In this document: in pieces, positions 1-8,120 of the stretch
How positions within the stretch are numbered: the stretch's first letter is position 1
Layout: the number at the start of each line of letters is the position of its first letter
Assembly: GCA_963674755.2 (NCBI GenBank)
Contig: CAXXVS010000002.1
Coordinates: 1,184,001-1,248,000, forward strand
DNA: 64,000 bases
Direction of reading: 5' to 3'
Source of the DNA: Desulfobacterales bacterium
GTDB taxonomy: Bacteria > Desulfobacterota > Desulfobacteria > Desulfobacterales > UBA5852
Program-made: the position numbers and the translations under genes
The notes under the pieces: model-generated
The model's input: the letters and a program-made list of their open reading frames with translations, nothing else
Told to the model about the DNA's origin: nothing
Databases searched by the model: none

Positions 1-1050
1 AAATATTTCGGACGCGGTATCGAAGGCGAAACCGCCGCCCGCAAGTTCAACGATTCCCTTCCTCTCAAAAAATACAACCGCACCCCCGAAGTCGCTGAAC
101 CCACTTTCGCCCAAATCGCGGGCGCCTATTTCAAATACAAACAAACCCGCCTGCCGCAGGCCTCCATCGAAACCCTATGGTACAAGCTGAACAATGTCAT
201 CCTGCCCGAGATCGGCGAGATCCCCGTCAACCGCCTGACCGAGCGGGATCTTGACCGTTACGTCAAAAAGCGCCTGCAATCCCCGGTGATGGTCCGCATC
301 GGGAAGCGCCCCAATCAAAAAACCCGGCCGGTCAAAAACCCGGACGGCAGCGTCCGGACCATCAGCCCGACCACGGTTCATCGGGAGTTGAGCGATATCC
401 AGGCCGTCCTCAATTGGGCCGCCAAGCCCTCCCGCCGCCTGGTTTCCGTGAACCCGGTCCGCGACTATGAAAAGATTAAGCGCCGCGATCGCATCGTCCT
501 GCCGCCCTCCCCGGCCGAAGCCGCCGCCCTGATTAAATACGCTCCCGAGCATTTAAAACGCTTCCTGATCATCGCCTATTATTGCGGCGCCCGGCCCGGC
601 GCATCCGAATTGCTGTCCCTGACATGGGACAAGGTCGACCTGGACAGCGGCACGATCCTGGTCGTGTCCGCCCGCAAAGGCGGCCGCGAATCACGCCTGA
701 TCCCGCTGAATGAGGATTTCAAACGCTTTTTAAAGGAATGGAAGGCCGAAGACGGCGACGACAGCCGCTATCTGATCACTTGGGGCGGTAGACCGATTAA
801 AAGAATCGGGGGCTCATTCAAACGTGCCAAACGCAAAGCCAAAATCGATCCCAACCGCAAGTTGCCGCCCTACGCCTTCCGCCATGCTTTCGTAACGGCG
901 GCCCTGAACGCCGGCGGCGACCTTAAAGGTGTCTCCGAAATGGCCGGCCACTCAAGAACCGAAACCACAACCCGCATTTATCAGCATACCAACATCAATT
1001 TGCATCGCGGGATTGTGGAGAACTTGCCGCCGATAACATTTGACAGATAA
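1..1050 (+). CDS. Tyrosine recombinase / phage-type integrase (5' end outside window)
   Basis: Frame 1 is open from base 1 (KYFGRGIEGETAARKF...) into ORF 286..1050. Catalytic motifs: GARPGASE (R), ARKGG (K), PYAFRH (YxxR in place of HxxR), AGHS (H), TRIYQH (Y). Confidence 0.9.
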   Translation, partial: KYFGRGIEGETAARKFNDSLPLKKYNRTPEVAEPTFAQIAGAYFKYKQTRLPQASIETLWYKLNNVILPEIGEIPVNRLTERDLDRYVKKRLQSPVMVRIGKRPNQKTRPVKNPDGSVRTISPTTVHRELSDIQAVLNWAAKPSRRLVSVNPVRDYEKIKRRDRIVLPPSPAEAAALIKYAPEHLKRFLIIAYYCGARPGASELLSLTWDKVDLDSGTILVVSARKGGRESRLIPLNEDFKRFLKEWKAEDGDDSRYLITWGGRPIKRIGGSFKRAKRKAKIDPNRKLPPYAFRHAFVTAALNAGGDLKGVSEMAGHSRTETTTRIYQHTNINLHRGIVENLPPITFDR

Positions 1051-1207
1051 TTTTGGCAATCATTTCAACGTGACACCGCCTTTATGCCGTGGTAGGCTTT
1101 TAAAAAGGGCTCAAACCGCCGCCCTTATGGCGATAGCTGTAGATAGAAAGGCGCGCCCCCGGCGTGCTCATCCTCTCGCCCATGAACCTGCTCCCCAGGA
1201 GGTGGAC

Positions 1208-1825
1208 ATGTTAAACCGGTCCGCTCAAACTCTTCTCCTGATCCCCGCCCTACTGGTCTTGTTGATCTCCTCCGCGATCTCGGACACCACGTACATATGG
1301 GCCGACGCCAACGGCAACCTTGTCGTTACCAGCGAAAAGCCGCCTGCCAATGTCACGGACTATGATGTTATCGGAGATGAACAAACCGCCGACGAGACCG
1401 GCCCGCCGCCCCCAACAGACGGGGTTGCCGATGCAGAGGCCCAATATAAAGATTTCCCCCCTCTGGTTCTGGAACAAATTCGGCGAACTGCCCGCGATCG
1501 CTGGCCGGGCAAGCCGGACGCCCAGGCCGCCATGGTCGACCGCTAGGTGCGCGCTTGCCGCTATGTGATAGAGGCCCGCACCATGGACTTCCCGGTCGAC
1601 GGGCGCGACCACATCCTACGCTATGTCGATCGTTTATGGCCTGACGACTACGGGCGCCAGGCCGACTATATCGCACGTCAATACAAAGCTTATCAGGCCG
1701 TTCTCTACTACGAAAATCTTGACCTCCCGTACAAAGAGCTGGAGACAATCAAGACCCGCGTGGCTGAACGGTGGCCCTTCGACTATGTCAAACAAGAGCA
1801 CTTCATGCGGCGAGAAGCCAACTAA
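1208..1825 (+). pseudogene. Secreted DUF4124-like protein interrupted by an in-frame TAG at 1544-1546
   Basis: AGGAGG RBS and ATG at 1208, signal peptide, YIWADANGNLVVTSEKPP (DUF4124-like). ORF 1547..1825 continues in the same frame. The stop aligns with Q in an internal W-P-x5-Q repeat. Confidence 0.7.
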
Positions 1826-1994
1826 CGCATCGAACAGGTTCGAAGCCAGGAGCCCGAGGAGCGGATTACCGGCGTGCGCTCTTACAACCTCAAAGAGCTC
1901 AACGAAAACGATGGGCTGAGTCCGGAATAGCCGAACGCCGGGCGATTTCTTTGTCCCAATCGACTATGCTTAAACAAATTGCCTATGGATTCGA

Positions 1995-2160
1995 TACGCC
2001 TTCTGTCATGCTTTCGTAACGGCCGCCCTAAACGCCAGCGGCGACCTGAAAGGCGCCTCCGAAATGGCCGGATACTCTCTCACCGAAACCACAACCCGCA
2101 TTTCTCAGCATACAAATATCAATTTGCATCGCGGGATTGTGGAGAATTTACCGTAAATAA
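1995..2160 (+). pseudogene. Decayed duplicate of the integrase 3' end (copy of ~871-1036)
   Basis: TACGCCTTC.GTCATGCTTTCGTAACGGC...GATTGTGGAGAA aligns with the integrase C-terminal coding region, with substitutions and small indels. Confidence 0.85.
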
Positions 2161-2305
2161 GGGTTGATGGTTGAAAATAGATTCACAGTGCGACAGTATC
2201 GATTATTATTCAGATGTTTGAAAAATATTCTCTATCAAATAAGCGAATAGATCGTTCCAACGAAACGTAGGATTGTACTTATCGCTTGTGTTAGGAAATT
2301 TAAAG

Positions 2306-3391
2306 ATGAATGAAGAAAGTGAAACTCAAAAACCAAAAAACTGTTTCATAGTAATGCCATTTGGCAAAAATAGAGAAGAGAGACGTTGGTTCAAAGGTTG
2401 GTATGAAGTTGTTATAAAAATAGCCGTTACAATAGCGGGTTACAAGCCTATTCTTGCCGCATCAGAAGAACAACCAGGAGCTATTAATGATGAGATTCGT
2501 ACCCATTTATCTTTTGATCCGATGGTTGTTGTTGATTTAGGTGGAATGGAACCCGATGAAGATCCAAACCCAAACGTGATGTATGAATTAGGGATTAGAC
2601 ATGCACTCGGTTTACCACTGGTAATGATGGCATGGGAAGGACAGACCCTACCTTTTGACGTATCAAATCAAAGAGTCATAATGGAGCCAAGGGATTTTTT
2701 AGGTCAAGAAACAAACAAGAATAAATTAATCGCATTTATCAAATCTGCTGAGGTGGGGAAATATTACAAACCTATGGAAGCAGTAGGCAGGTATGCAACT
2801 ATTGAAGCTGCCTCTGCTTCTTTAGGTGAGGATTCTATTATTGGTGCCCTAGTAAGAGAAGTTAGGGATTTGCGTGGTACTGTAGCATCTGTTGTTCACT
2901 ATAAGCAATACCGAAGCCCTCGGCCATCAAAGTCCACAATCAAGAAACTTTTGCGAAAAAAGCCATTTAGAAAAGATATATATTCATACTATATCAAATC
3001 AGGTGGTGATCCTACATTATGGGCTCAAATTTTACACGATGAAGCTTCTAATATTTTTGTTACAATTGCTGATGAGTGGGGATTCGAGGATTGGAAGTCC
3101 TATATCAAGGAAAAAATCGATGAGCAAAGATCCCACCCATCAGCTACCCCTTTTAATGACGCCTCCATGCTATCAGAAGAGCTTATAGAAAATATTCGCC
3201 ATGAGTTACCTGAACAACCCTGGCCGACAGGGACGAGTAAAGAAATATGTACCAAGCTGAATATATCGTCAAATCTATATAAAAAAGCGGTTAAAGATTT
3301 AATTAACCGAGGCGTATTCAAGAGGCAAATCAATGGCGTTTTGGTAAATGACAATGATGCAGTTGACGTACAAAATAAGAGAACCGAATAG
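2306..3391 (+). CDS. Nucleoside 2-deoxyribosyltransferase/TIR-like domain protein with C-terminal putative winged helix
   Basis: CFIVMPFG ... VVVDL ... NPNVMYELGIRHALGLP is an NDT-like signature. The C-terminus QPWPTGTSKEICTKLNISSNLYKKAVKDLINRGVF is wHTH-like. AT-rich. Confidence 0.65.
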   Translation: MNEESETQKPKNCFIVMPFGKNREERRWFKGWYEVVIKIAVTIAGYKPILAASEEQPGAINDEIRTHLSFDPMVVVDLGGMEPDEDPNPNVMYELGIRHALGLPLVMMAWEGQTLPFDVSNQRVIMEPRDFLGQETNKNKLIAFIKSAEVGKYYKPMEAVGRYATIEAASASLGEDSIIGALVREVRDLRGTVASVVHYKQYRSPRPSKSTIKKLLRKKPFRKDIYSYYIKSGGDPTLWAQILHDEASNIFVTIADEWGFEDWKSYIKEKIDEQRSHPSATPFNDASMLSEELIENIRHELPEQPWPTGTSKEICTKLNISSNLYKKAVKDLINRGVFKRQINGVLVNDNDAVDVQNKRTE

Positions 3392-3668
3392 GGTCGCATC
3401 TTAATTATTAATTATCCACCTAACCATCCGAAACAAATCGCCTGTGAATTCGATAACCAAATGGCTGACAGACCCGGACGCCGCCGACTACCCTTTCCCT
3501 TATCAAATCGGCGATCGGCTAAGATCAACAACCAAAAACATCCAGGGAACCGTCCGAAACGCCAAATACGCCGCCCCATACCTATACGGCCCCGCATGGA
3601 TCATGTACTATCTCGAAACCGACAACGGCCAATTAGCCCAACACCCACTAAATGAATTAGAGAAAATC
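3381..3668 (+). repeat. Spacer unit copy 1 (~290 bp, intact)
   Basis: Runs from GAACCGAATAGGGTCGCATCTTAA to GAGAAAATC. Homologous to 4628-4778, 5220-5504 and 7993-8120. Confidence 0.9.
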
Positions 3669-3680
3669 GGTATATTTTGA
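3444..3680 (+). CDS. Small 78-aa hypothetical protein encoded by the repeated unit (possible SH3-like beta barrel)
   Basis: MNSITKWLTDPDAADYPFPYQIGDRLRS...GTV...MYYLETDNGQLAQHPLNELEK. Several differences between copies are synonymous (cct/ccc, ggc/gga, cta/ctc, gac/gat). Confidence 0.6.
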   Translation: MNSITKWLTDPDAADYPFPYQIGDRLRSTTKNIQGTVRNAKYAAPYLYGPAWIMYYLETDNGQLAQHPLNELEKIGIF

Positions 3681-3765
3681 CATACTGATTAAATCCAATC
3701 AGGTGGAAAGGTAAAATTATACTTATTAAATAACTCATTTGGATAGATATTCTTTTTGCAGCCAC

Positions 3766-4641
3766 ATGCTTAAAAAAGATCATAAAGCAGTATATATACA
3801 TTGTGATGGCTCAATGCTGCAAGACTCGATGTCTAGTGGTGGAGTTGGGTATGTGATTAAATTCCCAGATGAGTTTGAATTGGAGGATGTACCTTTTTTT
3901 CATGGAATATACCAAGATGCTAATATTGAAAGAATAGAAATCCAGGCTATTATTGAAGGGATGAAGGGTTTAATCTATTGGCTTAAACATAATACTATCG
4001 ATTTCTATTCTATTTCTAAAATAGTAATTATAACTGATAGATTTAGTTTGTGTGACGAAGAAAGAACGAGCATTTTCAAGATTCGTGATTGGAGAAAATA
4101 TGGAGGCAAGAATTTCGAAGGAAAAGAAGTTAAAAACTGGGATTTATTGAATAAGTTAGATAAGATAAGAACTAAAATTAGAAATCTTACTAGAAAAACA
4201 GTAAGAATTGTATATCGTAGAAGAAAATTTAATAAAGAAGCCGATAAGCTATCAAAGAAGGGAAGGAATAACGGAATACCAACTAGGGCAATTGCAATTG
4301 AGGGCCATAAAATTGGTCGTAGAAAATTCGATGGTGAGGAAGTTAAATACAGTCTATTTTCACCAAAGGATATCACCACTGTTCATATATTTCGTAAAAG
4401 ACCTATTAAAAATCAATGGGAGATAAACGCAGAAATTTGTTCTGGTAAAATGAAAGGTAAAAAACTTATAATAATTACTGACCATTTGTTACAAGAAAAG
4501 CTTCAGAGAGGAAATGTTTTTGAAATTAGAATTAAAAAAATATATTCACATCATTTTGAAATTTATAGAACCATAAAGAAATTGAAGAAGGAACAATTTA
4601 TAAACGAATTGTTAGATGAGACGAAAGCTCTTAACTTATAA
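3766..4641 (+). CDS. RNase HI-like protein with basic C-terminal extension
   Basis: YIHCDGS, IERIEIQAII, VIITDRF, KNWDLL and NKEADKLSK supply the D-E-D-D set and the RNase HI motifs. AT-rich. Confidence 0.8.
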   Translation: MLKKDHKAVYIHCDGSMLQDSMSSGGVGYVIKFPDEFELEDVPFFHGIYQDANIERIEIQAIIEGMKGLIYWLKHNTIDFYSISKIVIITDRFSLCDEERTSIFKIRDWRKYGGKNFEGKEVKNWDLLNKLDKIRTKIRNLTRKTVRIVYRRRKFNKEADKLSKKGRNNGIPTRAIAIEGHKIGRRKFDGEEVKYSLFSPKDITTVHIFRKRPIKNQWEINAEICSGKMKGKKLIIITDHLLQEKLQRGNVFEIRIKKIYSHHFEIYRTIKKLKKEQFINELLDETKALNL

Positions 4642-4852
4642 AATTTCAAATCTGATAAACCGAATCAAATCGCCTATGAATTCGATAACCAAATGACTGA
4701 CAGATCCGGACGCCGCCGACTACCCTTTCCCCTATCAAATCGGCGATCGGCTCAGATCAACAACCAAAAACATCCAGGAGAATCGAGGGGACGCCTTGAA
4801 CTTATAAACTTCAAACTTAACCATCCGGAACAAATCACCTATGAATCTGATA
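4628..4852 (+). repeat. Spacer unit copy 2 (truncated, W7>stop) plus a second short 5' copy at ~4796-4852
   Basis: CAAATCGCCTATGAATTCGATAACCAAATGACTGACAGATCCGGACGCCGCCGACTACCC...CATCCAGG, then CTTAACCATCCGGAACAAATCACCTATGAATC. Confidence 0.85.
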
Positions 4853-5012
4853 TGCGTCATTTTATCCCCGCTGATGAAATGCCCAAAAAAATAAAAATGC
4901 ACATAAATTCCGCCAATATCCAATATTTGGTAAAAATCCCTAATAATCACTATTTATGTGCCTAAAACAGTAATGCTCGTATAAAACCAAACACACACGG
5001 AGGCAAATATTG

Positions 5013-5243
5013 ATGAGCAGAATTGAAAATGAAGATACTCGCTATTTTATAGAGATTGACCTTGATTCATTGGGTATTATCAGAGTTGGCTTCGACCAAA
5101 AGCAAAATTTAGATAAGGGCCAACAAAAACAAGCCGGGATTCATAGATTGTTTCTAACTAAAGGCCAGTATAATAAGTTTGTTAGCCGTTGTGAAAGTGA
5201 ACTTCAAAGCGTCTTGGAGGAACCGAATAGGGTCGCATCTTAA
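5013..5243 (+). CDS. Small hypothetical protein
   Basis: GGAGG RBS, 76 aa. The stop lies inside the repeat's leading 24-bp motif. Confidence 0.65.
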   Translation: MSRIENEDTRYFIEIDLDSLGIIRVGFDQKQNLDKGQQKQAGIHRLFLTKGQYNKFVSRCESELQSVLEEPNRVAS

Positions 5244-5504
5244 TATTAATTATTCGTCTAACAATCCGGAATAAATCGCCTATGAATTCGATAACAAAAT
5301 GGCTGACAGACCCGGACGCCGCCGACTACCCTTTCCCCTATCAAATCGGAGATCGGCTCAGATCTCCAACCCAAAACATCCAGGGAACCGTCCGAAACGC
5401 CAATTACGCCGCCCTGGAGCAAGGCGGCCCCGCATGGAATATGTAACATGCCGAACCGAAAACAGCCTGGTTGCCCAACGCCCTCGAAATAAAGTGAGAA
5501 AATC
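5220..5504 (+). repeat. Spacer unit copy 3 (full length; embedded ORF 5282-5446 ends at a premature TAA)
   Basis: Same start (GAACCGAATAGGGTCGCATCTTAA) and same end (GAGAAAATC) as copy 1. Confidence 0.9.
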
Positions 5505-5571
5505 TGTGCCATATAATGTATAGGGAGAGGGCTAGCCCACTATATAGTGTATAAAAAAGCTCTTGCCTTAA

Positions 5572-5629
5572 AAGTATCACCATGATACTTGATTATCCTT
5601 GACTAAGATTAGTAGTATCATTATGATAC
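5572..5629 (+). promoter_or_regulatory. TA-operon promoter with two palindromic operators
   Basis: AAGTATCA-cca-TGATACTT (5572-5590) and GTATCA-tta-TGATAC (5615-5629). TTGACT (5599-5604) and TATGAT (5622-5627) are 17 bp apart. Confidence 0.75.
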
Positions 5630-5644
5630 CCGTTAGGAGTCGGG

Positions 5645-5962
5645 GTGACAAAAGACGACCCTGAATACGATCTCGGTGAAATTCACTATCTCATTGAAGA
5701 GAGACAGTGCGATATTACTACCACTGTAAGAACAACTGCCCACCAAATTGGTTTTTCGGAAACTGATATATACAACGAAATCCTGGCCCTCGATAAAAGA
5801 AATTTCCTTCATTCAGTAGAAGGTAACTTCGATCATATATTTCAAGATGTATATACAAAGACTATCCGCAATGTTCCGGTATACATAAAATTTAAGAAAA
5901 TCGGAAAATACGGCGATAAAGTATTGGTTCTGTCGTTTAAAAGAAACACGAGTGTTCGATAA
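5645..5962 (+). CDS. mqsR: MqsR-family type II toxin (mRNA interferase)
   Basis: PEYDLGEI ... FQDVY ... VYIKFK ... VLSFK, directly upstream of an MqsA-like gene. Confidence 0.8.
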   Translation: MTKDDPEYDLGEIHYLIEERQCDITTTVRTTAHQIGFSETDIYNEILALDKRNFLHSVEGNFDHIFQDVYTKTIRNVPVYIKFKKIGKYGDKVLVLSFKRNTSVR

Positions 5963-5984
5963 TGTAGCAAAAAGGGGGCAGCGC

Positions 5985-6512
5985 ATGGAATATGCAGCGG
6001 GGAGCCTGTGCCCGGTGTGTGAAACTGGCAATTTAGAGGAAAAGGTAAAAGATTTAGAATTTGAGTATAATGAAAGGAAATCAGTAGCTAAAGGTATAAC
6101 CTGTTTTGAATGTCCTGTTTGTGGAGAATCATTTACCAATCGTAAGGATAGTCGTTCCCTGGAAAAATTCTTAGCCGATGAAAGGCGAATAGCTGATGGC
6201 CTTCTTGTAAGTGATGAAATCAAGAAAATTCGAGAAGGCTTTAATTTAACTCAAGTGCAGTTTGCTAAAGCTCTTAAGGTTGGTGAAAAGAATTTTGCTC
6301 GTTATGAAAGTGGCCAGGCCACTCAGGGCGTGGCCATGGATAATCTGTTAAGGGTACTTAGAGAATATCCATCGGCAATCAAGCTATTTATTAACGAATG
6401 GAAAAATGTTGAAGAAGAGAAAGTAATACAAATCGAAGCCCTTTACAGAAAAAAGAAGACTCATAAAGGCGCAAGAAAGATTGATTACAATATAAGCTCT
6501 TGTTTAGTCTGA
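5985..6512 (+). CDS. mqsA: MqsA-family antitoxin (Zn ribbon + HTH) with C-terminal extension
   Basis: CPVC...CPVCGE zinc ribbon, HTH LTQVQFAKALKVGEKNFARYESG, and an extra ~35-aa tail. Confidence 0.85.
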   Translation: MEYAAGSLCPVCETGNLEEKVKDLEFEYNERKSVAKGITCFECPVCGESFTNRKDSRSLEKFLADERRIADGLLVSDEIKKIREGFNLTQVQFAKALKVGEKNFARYESGQATQGVAMDNLLRVLREYPSAIKLFINEWKNVEEEKVIQIEALYRKKKTHKGARKIDYNISSCLV

Positions 6513-6535
6513 GCCAGAATGAAAGACTTAATTTC

Positions 6536-6979
6536 ATGACAACAAGAATGTCTATTGAAGAGATCAAGTTGCTTGATTGCAGATATTCTATGAAGGATAT
6601 TGCGAAAGAAGACAATTCGTCAAATGATGAGGTGTCACCAGTTAGTATGGATATTGTTTGTGGAAACAATTTCATTAAGGATGATTTACGCCTGATAATA
6701 ACTCTTGAAGTAATCTGTGATTCACCAAAATTGCCGTTTCGTTTCAATGTTAAATATGGGGCGTCTTATATTCTATCCCAAGATCCTGAGGAAGATGAGC
6801 TAGATAGATTTGTTAACGTTATCTGCCCTTTCCAAATAATGCCCTACATTAGAGAATTCGTGAGTGAATTGACTCGCAGAGCAGGTAACGAACCGCTGTT
6901 TATCCCACCAATGAATTTTATTGCCATGGACAAGGCACGCAAAAAAAAGAAGACAGCATCGACTTCAGAAAATGAGTAA
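6536..6979 (+). CDS. SecB-like chaperone (third gene of a TAC system)
   Basis: PFRFNVKYGASY ... CPFQIMPYIREFVSELTRRAGNEPLFIPPMNF is the SecB signature. Confidence 0.8.
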   Translation: MTTRMSIEEIKLLDCRYSMKDIAKEDNSSNDEVSPVSMDIVCGNNFIKDDLRLIITLEVICDSPKLPFRFNVKYGASYILSQDPEEDELDRFVNVICPFQIMPYIREFVSELTRRAGNEPLFIPPMNFIAMDKARKKKKTASTSENE

Positions 6980-7200
6980 TAGTTGGCAAGTATTCCTTCC
7001 CTGGAGTAGACGCAGAACCTAAGGTATCTATCGAAGAGGTTTTGCCACGCTGAAGAGCACGACGTTACGAAATGGAAACACCCTCACCATATTGCAAAAT
7101 CATTAGCATCTTGCACCCGGTAATCCCTGGTAACCGAGGCCGGATGGTTACCAAATTTTACAAGATATAAATCAATTATATCGGGCACATAAATTTCTTA

Positions 7201-8007
7201 TTGGCGTTCGGGACACTGGGGTCGAAAAATAAATTGGATATTGAGACGATCGAAATCGAATGGTCCTGGGATCAACCGATCATCCAGGATATCCTTTTGA
7301 AGTATTACCGCGACTGGCTTTTCGTTACCCCTGAAATTGCCAAGAGCATGGTGGAGCGGGTTCTGTCGATTTCCAACGTCCAGGCCCCGGAGCAGATCAT
7401 GGATATCGGCTGCGGCCTGGGCTACCATGCCATCGCTTTTGCGCAAAAAGGGTTCCGGGTGTTCGCCTTCGATCCGGGGGACAAATATCTCGCAATGGCC
7501 CAAGCCCATATCGCCAAGGAAGGGGCTGATGTAACCCTGCGGCAGATGACGTGTGCCGACTTGGATGAATCCGAGCGCTTCACACTGGCCTGGGCCGGCT
7601 CGTATTGCCCGGGGCAGCTTTCACCTTCCGAAGTTGTGCAGGATTTGAGACGAATTTATCGATCCCTTAAGCCGGGGGGATGGTTTATATCCAATGTCGC
7701 CGGGAAGCCCAAGGTTCCGCCTTCGGAAAAGGTACGCCATTGGCGGCAATTACCGGACTGCTATATGCTTTCCGAGAAGTGGGCGGACGAAACCTATTTC
7801 CATGAGCACTGCTGGTTTGTATATCCTGAAACGAACAAGGTCATAAAGCTTGCCGAAGTTGAACGCATGTACGGGGTGCAAGAGATTCCCCCGCTTTTGA
7901 AGGAAGCCGGGTTTACGGATATTGCAACCGCCGGCAATCTCAAAAGGGATGCGCCGGCGCAGGCAGGCAAGCATTTTGCCTTCTGGTGCCGTAAACCAAA
8001 TGGCTGA
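7201..8007 (+). CDS. Class I SAM-dependent methyltransferase (start uncertain)
   Basis: IMDIGCGLGYHA motif I and SLKPGGWF. The stop lies inside repeat copy 4. Confidence 0.85.
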   Translation: MAFGTLGSKNKLDIETIEIEWSWDQPIIQDILLKYYRDWLFVTPEIAKSMVERVLSISNVQAPEQIMDIGCGLGYHAIAFAQKGFRVFAFDPGDKYLAMAQAHIAKEGADVTLRQMTCADLDESERFTLAWAGSYCPGQLSPSEVVQDLRRIYRSLKPGGWFISNVAGKPKVPPSEKVRHWRQLPDCYMLSEKWADETYFHEHCWFVYPETNKVIKLAEVERMYGVQEIPPLLKEAGFTDIATAGNLKRDAPAQAGKHFAFWCRKPNG

Positions 8008-8120
8008 TAGCCCCGGATGCCGACGACGACCCTTTCCTCTGCCAAATCGGCGAGCGGCGCCGATCAACGATTAAACGCATCCGGGGAACCGTCCGAAACA
8101 TCAAAGATAGCTCACCCTCT
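7993..8120 (+). repeat. Spacer unit copy 4 (most diverged, partial)
   Basis: AACCAAATGGCTGATAGCCCCGGATGCCGACGACGACCCTTTCC...CAAATCGGCGAGCGG...GATCAAC...CATCCGGGGAACCGTCCGAAAC. Confidence 0.8.

Noticed and set aside
1140..1175. GGCGCGCCCCCGGCG as a tRNA-derived att site after the integrase
   Set aside because: The match is too short and degenerate, and no T-arm sequence follows.
1544..1546. Pyrrolysine readthrough
   Set aside because: The stop aligns with Gln in an internal repeat (CAG>TAG), lies in a decaying element, and no pyl genes are in the window.
4694..4696. Selenocysteine TGA in repeat copy 2, given selC in the genome
   Set aside because: The other copies have TGG (Trp), not Cys, and this copy is also truncated.
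2306..5504. Retron or diversity-generating retroelement (NDT effector, RNase H, repeats)
   Set aside because: No reverse transcriptase is present in the window, and repeat differences are not adenine-specific.
1..8120. Classical integron
   Set aside because: The integrase is phage-like, co-oriented with the cargo and lacks an evident IntI-specific insertion. I saw no RYYYAAC...GTTRRRY attC hairpins, and the spacers are protein-coding.
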